From the NCBI GenBank assembly GCA_949296605.1, contig CASFPB010000039.1, positions 7,766 to 71,765 of the forward strand: DNA of 64,000 nt. Reading direction: 5' to 3'. This DNA comes from an uncultured bacterium. GTDB lineage: Bacteria > Bacillota_I > Bacilli_A > RF39 > UBA660. The notes beneath the pieces were generated by a model. The model was given only the letters and a program-made list of their open reading frames with translations, had not been told where the DNA came from and did not search any database. The position numbers and the translations under genes are program-made. Of this stretch, positions 1 through 10,150 are shown piece after piece. The number at the start of each line of letters is the position of its first letter. Within the stretch, counting starts at the first letter, position 1.

Positions 1-58
1 GATATAAATGACCATTGTGAAATGGATTATATTCACAAATTATTCCTATTATTTCCAT
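1..58 (-). CDS. tmcAL: N-terminal fragment of TmcAL/YlbM-family nucleotidyltransferase (tRNA-Met cytidine acetate ligase), cut by window edge
   Basis: Reverse strand has ATG at 58-56 and reads MEIIGIICEYNPFHNGHLY. The EYNPFHNGH motif is the hallmark N-terminus of the YlbM/TmcAL family. Confidence 0.55.
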   Translation of the reverse strand, partial: MEIIGIICEYNPFHNGHLY

Positions 59-142
59 ATAAAATCTCCTTAATAATTATTTGAATTATATCATTTATGT
101 ATTTATATGTCCAATATGATATAATAGGCATGTGGTGATAAA

Positions 143-1003
143 ATGATTATTGCAGTAGTAGGCCCAACAGGTGTTGGAAAGACAAAAATGAGTATAGAAC
201 TTGCAAAAGAATATAATGCAGCAATTATTAATTGTGATGCAGTTCAAGTTTATAAATATTTAAATATTGGAAGTGCCAAAGTTTTAGAAAATGAAAAAGA
301 AGGCATAAAACATTATTTATTAGACATAAAAGATCCAGATGAAAATTATACAGTTAAAGATTATCAAAATGACGCACGTAATATTATAAAAAAAAATAAA
401 GATAAAAATTTAATATTTTGTGGTGGAACGGGTTTGTATTTATGTTCAGCTTTAATGGACTATCGTTTTTATGAAGATGAAAGCAATGAAAATTATGATA
501 ATTTAAATAATGAAGAACTTTATGATTTAGCTTTAAAAAAAGATAAAAATTGTAAAATTGATAAAAATAATAGAGTTAGATTAATAAGATTTTTAAATAA
601 AAAAAATATAGAAGTTGTTGAACCAAAATTACTATATGAAAATGTTTTATTTATAGGGCTAACAACTGATAGAAAAAATTTATATAAAATTATAAATACT
701 AGGGTTGATACAATGTTTAAAAATGGATTATTAGATGAAGTAAAAAAATTATATAAAAAGTATCCTAATTCCAGAGTATTAAAAAGTGCAATAGGTTATA
801 AAGAAGTAATTAAATATTTAAATAATGAAATTACTATGGAAGAAAGCGTAGAAGAAATAAAAAAAATAAGTAGACATTATGCTAAAAGACAATATACATG
901 GTTTAATAATAAGATGAAAATTAAATGGTTTAATGTAGATTATGATAATTTTGAAAATACTATATTAGATGTAAAAAAATACATAAATGATTGTATAAAA
1001 TAA
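143..1003 (+). CDS. miaA: tRNA dimethylallyltransferase
   Basis: P-loop GPTGVGKT at the N-terminus, QVYKYLNIGSAK, and C-terminal YAKRQYTWF. Length (286 aa) is typical of MiaA. Confidence 0.9.
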   Translation: MIIAVVGPTGVGKTKMSIELAKEYNAAIINCDAVQVYKYLNIGSAKVLENEKEGIKHYLLDIKDPDENYTVKDYQNDARNIIKKNKDKNLIFCGGTGLYLCSALMDYRFYEDESNENYDNLNNEELYDLALKKDKNCKIDKNNRVRLIRFLNKKNIEVVEPKLLYENVLFIGLTTDRKNLYKIINTRVDTMFKNGLLDEVKKLYKKYPNSRVLKSAIGYKEVIKYLNNEITMEESVEEIKKISRHYAKRQYTWFNNKMKIKWFNVDYDNFENTILDVKKYINDCIK

Positions 1004-1046
1004 ATGATTATGTTATATTTGTTTTTGAGGATAAATGGTGGTATAA

Positions 1047-2267
1047 ATGAACTTAAAAAAAAGAGGAATTATGTTTTTATGGATTAGTTTATTTGTTATA
1101 TTTACAAGTCTAGTTTTTTTAGTAATTGGATGCAATTCTAGTTATTTAATTTCTGATATAAATAAAAGAATTTCCTTAGGAGTAATGATTTTAGGTATTA
1201 TTTGGTTTATTTATTCGCTATTTCTAATTATTCGTTATAGATACAGAAAAAAATTTAAAAAAGTTAAAATGATAGTGTTTTCTTCATTAATTGGATTATA
1301 TATACTAGGTTGTTCAACATTTTTATTTATTTTATATGGCCCATATGATAATTTTAGAACATGGCTAATTACAACAGCAATGGCTACCATGAATCATCAA
1401 TACTATTGTAAATGGTTTTATAGTGATGATGTAATAAATGATGTATTAAATAGTAATTATGTAAAAGAAAGTGATGAATCAACCAATCCTAATTTAATAA
1501 CATTCGATAAAAATGGAAATTATAAAAATGAATATGAAAAAGAAATCTTAGAACATGATAAAGATGATTTATATAAAATAATAAAGTTTAAAGTTAATGG
1601 ATGCGATGCCTATCTTGCCGCAATATATGATCCTAGTAAAATAAGTGTTGGAATTAGTAAATGGTTAGGTAAAAGTGGTCAATATATTTATGATATGGCA
1701 AAAGAACAAGATGCAGTATTAGCTATAAATGGTGGAGGTTTTTTTGATCCTAATTATAATAGCAATGGTGCTAATCCACTTGGAATAACCATTTCTAGTG
1801 GGAAAATTATTTCTGATGCTGCTTATAATTCAAATAGTGGAGGAGTAATTGGTTTTGATGAAAATAATAAATTATTACTTTTAAGAAATATAACAGCTAA
1901 TGAAGCATTAGATATGGGAATTAGAGATGCAGTTACTATGGGACCTTTTTTAATAGTGAATGGTAAAACTGCTGATATAAAAGGCAATGGCGGCTGGGGT
2001 TATGCTGCTAGAACTGCAATAGGTCAAAGAAGTGATGGAATAGTTTTATTTTTAGTTGTTGATAGTAATGAATTTAGAACTAAAGGTGCATCAATGAAAG
2101 ATTTAGCAGAAATTATGGAAAATTATGGAGCAATAAATGCTGCAAATTTAGATGGTGGAACATCTAGCGCAATTGTAGAAAATGGAGAACTATTAAATGA
2201 TCCAATAGATTCAGCATTAAGACATAAAACAAGGGGAATACCAACAATATTTAAAGTAGTAAAATAA
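1047..2267 (+). CDS. Membrane-anchored phosphodiester glycosidase family protein (DUF2233/NAGPA-like)
   Basis: N-terminal TM segments. C-terminal domain has LAINGGGF, GPFLIVNGK, ARTAIGQRSDG and NLDGGTSS motifs typical of the family. Confidence 0.7.
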   Translation: MNLKKRGIMFLWISLFVIFTSLVFLVIGCNSSYLISDINKRISLGVMILGIIWFIYSLFLIIRYRYRKKFKKVKMIVFSSLIGLYILGCSTFLFILYGPYDNFRTWLITTAMATMNHQYYCKWFYSDDVINDVLNSNYVKESDESTNPNLITFDKNGNYKNEYEKEILEHDKDDLYKIIKFKVNGCDAYLAAIYDPSKISVGISKWLGKSGQYIYDMAKEQDAVLAINGGGFFDPNYNSNGANPLGITISSGKIISDAAYNSNSGGVIGFDENNKLLLLRNITANEALDMGIRDAVTMGPFLIVNGKTADIKGNGGWGYAARTAIGQRSDGIVLFLVVDSNEFRTKGASMKDLAEIMENYGAINAANLDGGTSSAIVENGELLNDPIDSALRHKTRGIPTIFKVVK

Positions 2268-2295
2268 AAAAATGGAGTAAAAATCCATTTTTTTA
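2266..2295. terminator. Bidirectional intrinsic terminator between convergent genes
   Basis: Stem aatgga(2271-2276)/tccatt(2284-2289) flanked by an A-run upstream and a T-run downstream. Confidence 0.55.
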
Positions 2296-3240
2296 ATTAA
2301 ATTCTAAGTAAAATAAAGGATTAAAATTATGTTCTTCAATAACTGTTTCTCCCTCATCAGCTTCTTTCATAGCTTCTGTTGTTACTAAAAAATATGTATG
2401 AAATAAATAATCTTTATTATCTTTACTTACGGGATCATCCCAAGTTAAATCAATATGAACCCATTGATTATCATAATATACAGCATTCCAAATATGTCCA
2501 GTTGATTTATATGATATTTCATTTGGTGTAGTTGCAATTTTATAATTATTAAATCCTAATTTAGATAAAAATATAGCCATTAAATCTGTATAACCATTAC
2601 AAGTTGCAAAACCTTCAAATAATGGTCCATATGCTGTATAAGAGTTAAAATCACTAACGTTTTCTTCATTTCTTTCGATATCATATTTAACATTATTAAT
2701 TATATAATCATGAATAACTTTAATTTTGTCATAATCATCCATATCATCAGTGATTAAATTATCAATTAATTCATCAACTTTATTATTTATTAATTTTATC
2801 TTATCCTTATCATATAAATAAAATATAGTTAAGTTTATTTCTCCATTTTCATTAATACTTGTTTTTATATTTGTAAAACTATTAAAAGGATGAACATAAT
2901 TATTTAAATGCGTTAATATAAGTTCATCTGAACTTATACTTGATGCATCAACTATACAATTACTATATTCATCAGGACAATAAAAAGTAAATTGATCCCA
3001 ACCATTGTCAATAACACTATAAAATATATTTAATAAATCTTGGTAAGAATAAGGTATATAATCTTGTGATTTTTGAACGTATAAATAATCTAAATCTTTT
3101 GTATAGACATTTTTATCATTAATTATAAGTTTAGGTTCTCCACTAATAAAAGTAGATATTTGATTAGTAATTGGTTCATTATAAATAATAGTTATAAAAA
3201 TGCATATTATGCAAATTACCGGAATTATAAGTTTTTTCAT
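2293..3240 (-). CDS. Transglutaminase-like cysteine protease domain protein with signal/TM anchor
   Basis: Motifs CNGYTDLMAIFLSKLG ... GHIWNAVYY ... VHIDLTWDDP give a Cys-His-Asp transglutaminase-core pattern. Likely start is MKKLIIP at 3240, not the track start 3267. Confidence 0.7.
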   Translation of the reverse strand: MKKLIIPVICIICIFITIIYNEPITNQISTFISGEPKLIINDKNVYTKDLDYLYVQKSQDYIPYSYQDLLNIFYSVIDNGWDQFTFYCPDEYSNCIVDASSISSDELILTHLNNYVHPFNSFTNIKTSINENGEINLTIFYLYDKDKIKLINNKVDELIDNLITDDMDDYDKIKVIHDYIINNVKYDIERNEENVSDFNSYTAYGPLFEGFATCNGYTDLMAIFLSKLGFNNYKIATTPNEISYKSTGHIWNAVYYDNQWVHIDLTWDDPVSKDNKDYLFHTYFLVTTEAMKEADEGETVIEEHNFNPLFYLEFN

Positions 3241-3289
3241 TGTATCACCATAGAATAATAATAGCAAAAAAAAATAAAGTAAACAATTG

Positions 3290-3553
3290 TTACTTCATAT
3301 TTTTTACTTTTTGTGTCAATCTTGATTTTTCTCTATCTGCAGTATTTTTCTTAATTAAACCTTTACTAACTGCTTTATCAGTATATTTTTGAATATCTTT
3401 AAGTAGTTTATCTGCTTCTTCTTTATTATCAGCAGCAATTGCTTTTTCGCAGTTCTTAATAAGGTTTTGAACACGCATTTTAAGTTCATGATTATTATCT
3501 GTTTTTTTAGCTATTACTTTTACAGCTTTTTTAGAACTTTTAATGTTTGGCAT
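3290..3553 (-). CDS. rpsT: 30S ribosomal protein S20
   Basis: MPNIKSSKKAVKV... is the typical S20 N-terminus. RBS ggaaggag lies 7 nt upstream of the ATG at 3553; the track start 3559 is a TTG inside the spacer. Confidence 0.9.
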   Translation of the reverse strand: MPNIKSSKKAVKVIAKKTDNNHELKMRVQNLIKNCEKAIAADNKEEADKLLKDIQKYTDKAVSKGLIKKNTADREKSRLTQKVKNMK

Positions 3554-3649
3554 AATCAAACTCCTTCCTCATTTCTTACTAATTTTAACAAATAAAAGCT
3601 GTTTTATCAAGTATTTTAGTTAATATATTATTGCATAACTATATATAAT

Positions 3650-4549
3650 TTAAAAATTAAACAATACTTCATCAATATCATAACTATCTTTCATAGATAA
3701 TGCTATTGAATATTTAACCTCTTCAAGCATTTCTTTATCATTAATATTAGCAATTAAATTATTATCAAACGAAAGAGAAATGCTATTTTCAAGTAGTTCA
3801 TAATTTGATAAATTAGTTGAAGCAGCAAGATAGCTAATTAAATTAGTATGATATATTGGTGTAGATTTTAACTCTTTAATTATAATTTCAGCTTTTTCTA
3901 TATTTTCATTAGAAACTTTTGTAACAGGTACGTAATAATAATAATCATTATACTTACTTAAATAATAAACTGTTGTTTTACTTGTATCTTTTATAGAATC
4001 AAAATTATAAACTTTGTTAACTCCATAATTTCTATCTAAATAAAGTGGCAATTTTTGATTAGAATTTGGCAATTTTGTTAATTGTTCTCCTTCAACAAAT
4101 ATACATATTTTTTTAACCTCTGGTAATTCTGTTAATGAATAAATTATTGCTTCAAGCATTTTTTCTTCATTATCATTACTTACATTTAATAATTCTTTAC
4201 TAAAATTAATAGTCAGTATTTCCTGTTCTAATTTCATATCTAAAATTTTAGTGTTACTTGGAATAATTGCTTTAAATCCTTCTCGAACATAACTAGATTT
4301 TTTACTATCAATTGTAAGAGATTCAATAATTTCTTTTATTAAATCATTTATATCATCACTTTCTTTGATTATAGAAGTTCTTGCGATATATTCCATGCTA
4401 TCTAATAAAAAGATTGGCATTTCATCCTTAGTAATATAAGATAAAGATTCTTTTATTGGGGTAGTTGTAGGAAAAAAATAAATAATTAACAAAATAAACA
4501 ATGCTAATGTAGCAATCATAATTCTTCTTAATGAAGCTCTTTTAATCAT
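3650..4549 (-). CDS. GerM-like (GerMN domain) sporulation/germination protein, membrane anchored
   Basis: N-terminal TM segment. LTINFSKELL...MLEAIIYSLTELPEVKKICIFVEGE resembles the GerMN domain. It sits next to gerE. Confidence 0.5.
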   Translation of the reverse strand: MIKRASLRRIMIATLALFILLIIYFFPTTTPIKESLSYITKDEMPIFLLDSMEYIARTSIIKESDDINDLIKEIIESLTIDSKKSSYVREGFKAIIPSNTKILDMKLEQEILTINFSKELLNVSNDNEEKMLEAIIYSLTELPEVKKICIFVEGEQLTKLPNSNQKLPLYLDRNYGVNKVYNFDSIKDTSKTTVYYLSKYNDYYYYVPVTKVSNENIEKAEIIIKELKSTPIYHTNLISYLAASTNLSNYELLENSISLSFDNNLIANINDKEMLEEVKYSIALSMKDSYDIDEVLFNF

Positions 4550-4582
4550 ATTATAACCTCAATTAAATTATATTTTTAATAT

Positions 4583-4604
4583 AAAAAAAAAGACCGAAGT
4601 CTTT
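4583..4604 (-). terminator. Intrinsic terminator of gerE
   Basis: Minus strand reads aagac-ttcg-gtctt followed by a T-run (plus-strand A-run 4583-4590). Confidence 0.65.
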
Positions 4605-4605
4605 A

Positions 4606-4812
4606 TTAAATTGTTATTTCTCCAAGCCTTATTAGTTCAACAACAGCTTGTGCCCGACCTTTAACTCCTAATTTTTGAATAGCATTAGAAATATGATTGC
4701 GAACAGTTTTTTCACTAATGTTTAATGAACTAGCAATTTCTTCAGTGGTTTTGTTTAATACCAATAAATTAAAAACTTCTTGTTCTCTATCAGTCAATAT
4801 CTTTTTCTTCAT
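4606..4812 (-). CDS. gerE: Spore coat transcription regulator GerE (LuxR-type HTH)
   Basis: The 68-aa protein reads LTDREQEVFNLLVLNKTTEEIASSLNISEKTVRNHISNAIQKLGVKGRAQAVVELIRLGE. It is nearly colinear with B. subtilis GerE as I recall it. Confidence 0.85.
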   Translation of the reverse strand: MKKKILTDREQEVFNLLVLNKTTEEIASSLNISEKTVRNHISNAIQKLGVKGRAQAVVELIRLGEITI

Positions 4813-4886
4813 GATAATTCCTTTCTTAAATAAAATAACTTCATAATATTTTATGAAGTATATTTTTTTAAGTGAATTATTTTTAA

Positions 4887-5372
4887 CTATTCAAATTTGA
4901 CTGTTATATACTTTTGAGTATCGTATAAATCTTGAACAGCTCTTATTATTTTATTAGCAATTTCTTTACTATGTTCTTCACTTGCAATAGTTATACTAAT
5001 TGAATCACCATCAATTTTGACAAAATTATCATATTTAAACTGCGAATTAATTAATTTTTCAATTTTTTCTGATTCACCTTGCTTATTATTTAAAGCTTGT
5101 AATGCGTTATAAGCATCATTTTTTTCCTCAATAGTAGCAGAATCATCTAATAAAATATTTTGATATTGATTCATTTGTTCTAATACTGCCTCATCATCTT
5201 CAACTTGTAATGCAACAATTACATCTGATTCTTTTACTTCCAATACCTCACTAACATCATTATTTCCTGCAAGAACTTTTACTGTTTCATCTCCCATACT
5301 TACATAATAAATACCTAATACTAAAATCAAAGAAAATAAAGTTATAAACCACAAATTTTGCTTATTTATCAT
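4887..5372 (-). CDS. SpoIIIAH-like sporulation protein
   Basis: N-terminus KQNLWFITLFSLILVLGIYYV resembles SpoIIIAH (KKQTVWLLTMLSLVVVLSVYYI), and the C-terminal YscJ-like end reads ...ITVKFE. It stands alone rather than in a spoIIIA operon. Confidence 0.5.
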   Translation of the reverse strand: MINKQNLWFITLFSLILVLGIYYVSMGDETVKVLAGNNDVSEVLEVKESDVIVALQVEDDEAVLEQMNQYQNILLDDSATIEEKNDAYNALQALNNKQGESEKIEKLINSQFKYDNFVKIDGDSISITIASEEHSKEIANKIIRAVQDLYDTQKYITVKFE

Positions 5373-5499
5373 TTCTATCCTCCGTTTAATCTATTAAAAT
5401 ATATGTTAGTCCTATAAATTTATTAATTAAAAAAATAAATTTGTTTATCTTTAAAAAAAAATAAATATATGATAAACTTAATACAGTAAGGTGAATGAA

Positions 5500-7215
5500 A
5501 TGGGAAGAACAACTTTTTTATTATTAGCTGTAGCATATTATATTTTAACTATAATAATAGTAATAATTGTTTTAAACTTAATAAATAGAAAGGAAAAAAA
5601 TAAATTAAAAAAGGAAATAGATAAATTAGAAACAGAAAAAAACTTAGTTATTTCAGCTAGTATGCTTTCTGAATTAAATAAAGTTGAAGCATTAGTTAAC
5701 AATGATGAAATGAAGGAAAAATTTGAAGACTGGAAAAAAAGATTTAATGATATTAAAGATATAGAAATGCCTAAAATAACAGATTCAATTAATGAAATTG
5801 AAGAATTGTATGAAGATCACAATTTTAAAGAACTAAAAGGTATGTTACTAAAAGTAGACTTTGATTTAAATAATTTGAAGACAAAAGCAAGTTTTTTATT
5901 AGAAGAAATAAAAGATGTAACATTAAGTGAAGAAAGAAATAGAGAAACAATTATAAAACTTAAAGCTCAATATAGAGATATTGTATCTACATACAAGGAC
6001 TATGAAAACGAATATGAACTTATAAAAACTCCCTTAGAATTGCAATTTGAAAATGTAGATAAATTATTTCATGCATTTGAAGTATCTATGGAACAAAATG
6101 CTTATACAGAAGTAGGAAAAATTGTTAAAGCAGTAGCTGATATCATAGACAATCTAAAAATAGTAATTGAAGAAACAAGACCAATAATAAATTTAGGGAA
6201 AAATTTAATACCTAAAAAAATAGAAGATATTAAAAATATCGCAGAAAAGATGACTAGGGAAGGGTATAATTTAGAATATTTAAATATAGATTACAACATA
6301 GAAGAAGCAAATAAAAAAATACAAGATATTTTTCAAAGATTAAATGTATTAAATATTGAAGACTCTTTATTTGAATTAAAAACAATGCATGATTACTTTG
6401 ATTCTTTATATAATGACTTTGACAAAGAAAAAATTAGCAAAAAGATTTATGAAGATTATAGTAGAAGCATATTAATTAAAGCAACAAAATTAGAAAAAAT
6501 AAATAATGAATTGTATAAAAAAATAGATGATATAAAATATAGTTATGATTTAAGTGATGATGAAGTGTCTGTTATTATCGAAATTAAAGAAGAAATAATG
6601 AATATTAGAGCAAGTTATGATAAAATAGTAGATATTGCTAGAAGCCATGTATTGTCATATTCAAAATTAGCAAAAGAAATGGAAAATATTAATAGTAAAT
6701 TGGTGAAAACTGAAGAAAAGTTAAATGGTGCATTAAAAAATTTAGGAAGCTTAAAAGAAGATGAATTAAGAGCTCGTGAACAACTTGAAGAAATTAAAAA
6801 GATATTAAATCAAACCAAGGAAAGAATCAGATCTTTTAAATTGCCAACAATACCTAAAAATTATTATGTTGAATTAGCTGAAGCTATGGAAGCAATAAAC
6901 GAATTGGTGAAAGCGTTAGATAAAAGGCCAATATCAATAAAAATATTAAATTTAAGGGTGGATACAGCAAGAGACTTAGTTTTAAAAGTATATAATACAA
7001 TAAATGAAACAATAAAAACTGCTAAAATGGCTGAAACTGCAATAGTATATGGAAATAGATATAGAGTAACTAATAAAGAAGTAGATTTTGGCCTAATTAA
7101 AGCAGAAAACAATTTTTTAAAAGGAAATTTTAAAAATAGTTTAGAAAATGCGATAAATGCAATAAATTTAGTTGAACCAGGAATATATAAAAGATTATTA
7201 GAAGAATATAGATAG
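5500..7215 (+). CDS. ezrA: Septation ring formation regulator EzrA
   Basis: Single N-terminal TM followed by ~540 aa of coiled coil. Size and layout match EzrA, and it lies upstream of nifZ-thiI. ATG at 5500 follows RBS taaggtga. Confidence 0.8.
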   Translation: MGRTTFLLLAVAYYILTIIIVIIVLNLINRKEKNKLKKEIDKLETEKNLVISASMLSELNKVEALVNNDEMKEKFEDWKKRFNDIKDIEMPKITDSINEIEELYEDHNFKELKGMLLKVDFDLNNLKTKASFLLEEIKDVTLSEERNRETIIKLKAQYRDIVSTYKDYENEYELIKTPLELQFENVDKLFHAFEVSMEQNAYTEVGKIVKAVADIIDNLKIVIEETRPIINLGKNLIPKKIEDIKNIAEKMTREGYNLEYLNIDYNIEEANKKIQDIFQRLNVLNIEDSLFELKTMHDYFDSLYNDFDKEKISKKIYEDYSRSILIKATKLEKINNELYKKIDDIKYSYDLSDDEVSVIIEIKEEIMNIRASYDKIVDIARSHVLSYSKLAKEMENINSKLVKTEEKLNGALKNLGSLKEDELRAREQLEEIKKILNQTKERIRSFKLPTIPKNYYVELAEAMEAINELVKALDKRPISIKILNLRVDTARDLVLKVYNTINETIKTAKMAETAIVYGNRYRVTNKEVDFGLIKAENNFLKGNFKNSLENAINAINLVEPGIYKRLLEEYR

Positions 7216-7225
7216 GATGTGTTTT

Positions 7226-7783
7226 ATGAAAAAGGTATTAATGATTTTAGTAATAATGTTATCATTTATAACTTTTATGCCCAAAGTTTATGCTTTAGAT
7301 TGTAACAATGGTAGTTGTTATTGTGATGAAAGCGGAGAAAATTGTGCAATTATGCGAAATCCAAGAGGAGAATATACTGTATTATCATCGGGAAGCAAAT
7401 GCGGATGTGATGGTGGTAATAGTATGTGCATAAAAACATCTGAAATATGGCAATTTGTTGGATATGGTTTATTTGCTATTAAAATAATAATTCCTTTAAT
7501 AATTATGGTTTTTGGAATGATTGATTTTACAAAAGCTGTAATGAGTGGAGATGACAAAACAATAAAAAGTGCCGGAGCGTCCCTTATAAAAAGATTAGTA
7601 TTATGTGCTTGTATATTTTTAATTCCGTCCGTTATATCATTGATATTTAAATTAGTTGATAATACATCAACTTTTGTTCAAGGAGCAGCACCCTGTGAAG
7701 AATGTTTAACTGATCCAACGGGAGAAACGTGTAAATCTTATGTTAATCAAGCAGAACAAGCAAGAAAAAATGGAGCAAATTAA
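7226..7783 (+). CDS. Small secreted Cys-rich protein with C-terminal two-TM hairpin module (paralogous module in 13370..14656)
   Basis: Signal peptide MKKVLMILVIMLSFITFMPKVYA and a Cys-rich segment, followed by AIKIIIPLIIMVFGMIDFTKAVMSGDDK...IFLIPSVISLIF...PCEECL... Confidence 0.75.
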   Translation: MKKVLMILVIMLSFITFMPKVYALDCNNGSCYCDESGENCAIMRNPRGEYTVLSSGSKCGCDGGNSMCIKTSEIWQFVGYGLFAIKIIIPLIIMVFGMIDFTKAVMSGDDKTIKSAGASLIKRLVLCACIFLIPSVISLIFKLVDNTSTFVQGAAPCEECLTDPTGETCKSYVNQAEQARKNGAN

Positions 7784-7785
7784 TT

Positions 7786-8913
7786 ATGATATATTTAGAT
7801 TATAGTGCAACAACACCAGTATCTTATGAAGTCTTAGATACTATTTCAAAAGTAACAAAAGAATTTATTGGAAATGCAAATTCATTACATGCATTAGGAC
7901 TTAAATCAGCAAATTTACTTGAAAGTGCAACCAAACAAATAGCTGATATTTATGGAATAAGTCCCAATGAAATTATTTATACAAGTGGTGCAACAGAAGC
8001 AAATAATATGGCTTTAATTGGAGTAGCAATGGCTAATCACAAAAAAGGAAAACATATAATTGTTTCAAAGTTAGAGCATCCATCGATATATGCAATATGT
8101 AATTATTTAAAAAGTATCGGTTTTGAAATAAGCTATGTTAACAATGATAAAGAAGGTTTAATTGATTTTGAAGATTTAAAAAATAAAATTAGAGAAGATA
8201 CAATTTTAGTAAGTATATGTGCAGTTAATTCTGAAACTGGAGTAAGACAACCTTTAAAGATGATTAGACAAATCATAAAAAAAGAAAATTTAGCAACAAT
8301 ATTTCATTCAGATATAACTCAAGCAGTAGGAAAAGTATCAATTAATTTTCATGATATAGATTTAGCTAGTATGTCTGCTCATAAAATATTTGGCCCAAAA
8401 GGAATAGGATTTTTATATAAAAGTAATATGATAAAAATTACACCTATTATATATGGAAGTGGTAAATTTAACGAATTAAAACCAGGAACACCACCACTTC
8501 CATTAATTGCAGCCTTATCAAAAGCAATAAGGTTAGCTAATACAGACTTAGAAAAAAGAGAAAGATTCGTAAATTTATTAAATATGAAAATTGTTAACTT
8601 TTTAGAAAAATATCCTGAAATTAAAATTAATAAAACTAAATATTCAATACCTCAAATACTAAATATTAGTATAATGAATATAATGCCTGAAACATTTTTG
8701 CATATGCTTGATAAACATGAGGTATATTTAAGTACTAATACTGCATGCTCAAGTGGTGAAATATCTAATAGTATAATGGCTATATATGATGATCCTAAAA
8801 GAGCTAAACATACAATAAGAATTAGTTTATCATATGTTACTACCACAGATGAAATAAATAAATTTTTAGAAATATTTAAAGAAGAATATGAAAATGCTAT
8901 ATCTATCAAATAG
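7786..8913 (+). CDS. nifZ: Cysteine desulfurase (class V aminotransferase), ThiI partner
   Basis: PLP-lysine motif SAHKIFGPKGIGFLY and NifS-like N-terminus IYLDYSATTP. Located immediately upstream of thiI. Confidence 0.85.
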   Translation: MIYLDYSATTPVSYEVLDTISKVTKEFIGNANSLHALGLKSANLLESATKQIADIYGISPNEIIYTSGATEANNMALIGVAMANHKKGKHIIVSKLEHPSIYAICNYLKSIGFEISYVNNDKEGLIDFEDLKNKIREDTILVSICAVNSETGVRQPLKMIRQIIKKENLATIFHSDITQAVGKVSINFHDIDLASMSAHKIFGPKGIGFLYKSNMIKITPIIYGSGKFNELKPGTPPLPLIAALSKAIRLANTDLEKRERFVNLLNMKIVNFLEKYPEIKINKTKYSIPQILNISIMNIMPETFLHMLDKHEVYLSTNTACSSGEISNSIMAIYDDPKRAKHTIRISLSYVTTTDEINKFLEIFKEEYENAISIK

Positions 8914-8921
8914 GGGGAAAA

Positions 8922-10112
8922 ATGAAAAAAATTATAATTATAAAATATGGAGAATTATCTACTAAAAAAGACAATATTAATTTTTTTATAAGTAAATTAA
9001 AAAATAATATATCATTAATATTAGAAAGTATAGAAAATGAAATAAGCTATGATTTTGGTAGAATGTTTATAAAAGTAAATGAAAATGATATAGATATTGT
9101 AGTTAATAAATTAAAAAAAGTTTTTGGAATATTAGAAATCATAATAGGTTATATAGATAATGAATTGGAAATAGAAAAAATAAAAAACAATACTCTTAAT
9201 TTAATAAGTGATAAGAATTTTAATACTTTTAAAGTTATAACTAAAAGAAGTGATAAAACATATCCAATTAATAGTATGGAAATTAACAATGTAATTGGAG
9301 GGTATTTACTTAAAAATATATCAAATATAAAAGTTGATGTTCATAATCCTGAATTATCAATAAATATAGAAATAAGAAAAAATGAAGTCTTGTATTATTT
9401 TAACGGAATAAAAGGACTTGGAGGATACCCAGTTGGAACATTAGGAAAAGGGCTTTTAATGTTAAGTGGTGGAATTGATTCACCAGTATCAGGCTATATG
9501 GCAATAAAAAGAGGGGTAAAAATTGAAGCAATTTATTTTGAAAGTCCACCTCATACAAGTGAAATGGCAAAAGAAAAAGTCATTAAATTAGCAAGAGTTT
9601 TATCGTATTATAATGCAGAAATTAAACTTCATATTATTAATTTTACAGAAATACAAGAAACAATACTTAAAAATATACCACATGATTATTTAATTACTAT
9701 AATGCGTAGAATGATGTATCGTATAAGTGCGATTATTGCTCACAATAATAAATGCAATATATTAATTAATGGCGAATCAATTGGACAAGTAGCAAGTCAA
9801 ACATTAACTAGCATGCGGGCTATAAATGAAGTAATAAAAATGCCAGTAATAAGACCATTAGCATGTTTTGATAAATTAGAAATTATAAAAATGGCAAAAG
9901 AAATACAAACATATGATATAAGCACTTTGCCGTTTGAAGATTGTTGCACAATATTTGTTCCAAAACATCCAGTTATAAATCCAAGTTTGAGTAAATGTGA
10001 GGAATATGAAAAGTTAATTCCTTATAAAGAATTGATACATAAAGCCATTAAAAATCATGAAGTATTAATTATAAAAGAAAAAATGGAAAATAAATATCAA
10101 GATTTGTTATAG
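8922..10112 (+). CDS. thiI: tRNA 4-thiouridine synthase / sulfur carrier ThiI
   Basis: THUMP-like N-terminal half and PP-loop LLMLSGGIDSPVSGY. Length is 396 aa. Confidence 0.9.
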   Translation: MKKIIIIKYGELSTKKDNINFFISKLKNNISLILESIENEISYDFGRMFIKVNENDIDIVVNKLKKVFGILEIIIGYIDNELEIEKIKNNTLNLISDKNFNTFKVITKRSDKTYPINSMEINNVIGGYLLKNISNIKVDVHNPELSINIEIRKNEVLYYFNGIKGLGGYPVGTLGKGLLMLSGGIDSPVSGYMAIKRGVKIEAIYFESPPHTSEMAKEKVIKLARVLSYYNAEIKLHIINFTEIQETILKNIPHDYLITIMRRMMYRISAIIAHNNKCNILINGESIGQVASQTLTSMRAINEVIKMPVIRPLACFDKLEIIKMAKEIQTYDISTLPFEDCCTIFVPKHPVINPSLSKCEEYEKLIPYKELIHKAIKNHEVLIIKEKMENKYQDLL

Positions 10113-10150
10113 ATATAATTAAAATTACCATAATAGTAGTAGGTGATTAT

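Noticed and set aside
6864-7112. Short antisense ORFs from the six-frame track nested inside long, well-supported genes. Examples are 6864-7112, 7318-7557, 8652-8909, 12030-12293, 12919-13116, 15078-15290, 17053-17508, 20813-21298, 23519-23782, 26573-27160, 31278-32075, 34181-34417, 41606-42019, 43952-44224, 49193-49755, 50389-50676, 54565-55087, 56007-56353, 58270-58506 and 61268-61567.
   Set aside because: They lie entirely within, or antisense to, genes with strong motif support. They have low-complexity Ile/Leu/Phe/Ser-rich translations typical of the reverse strand of AT-rich coding DNA, and they lack convincing RBSs.
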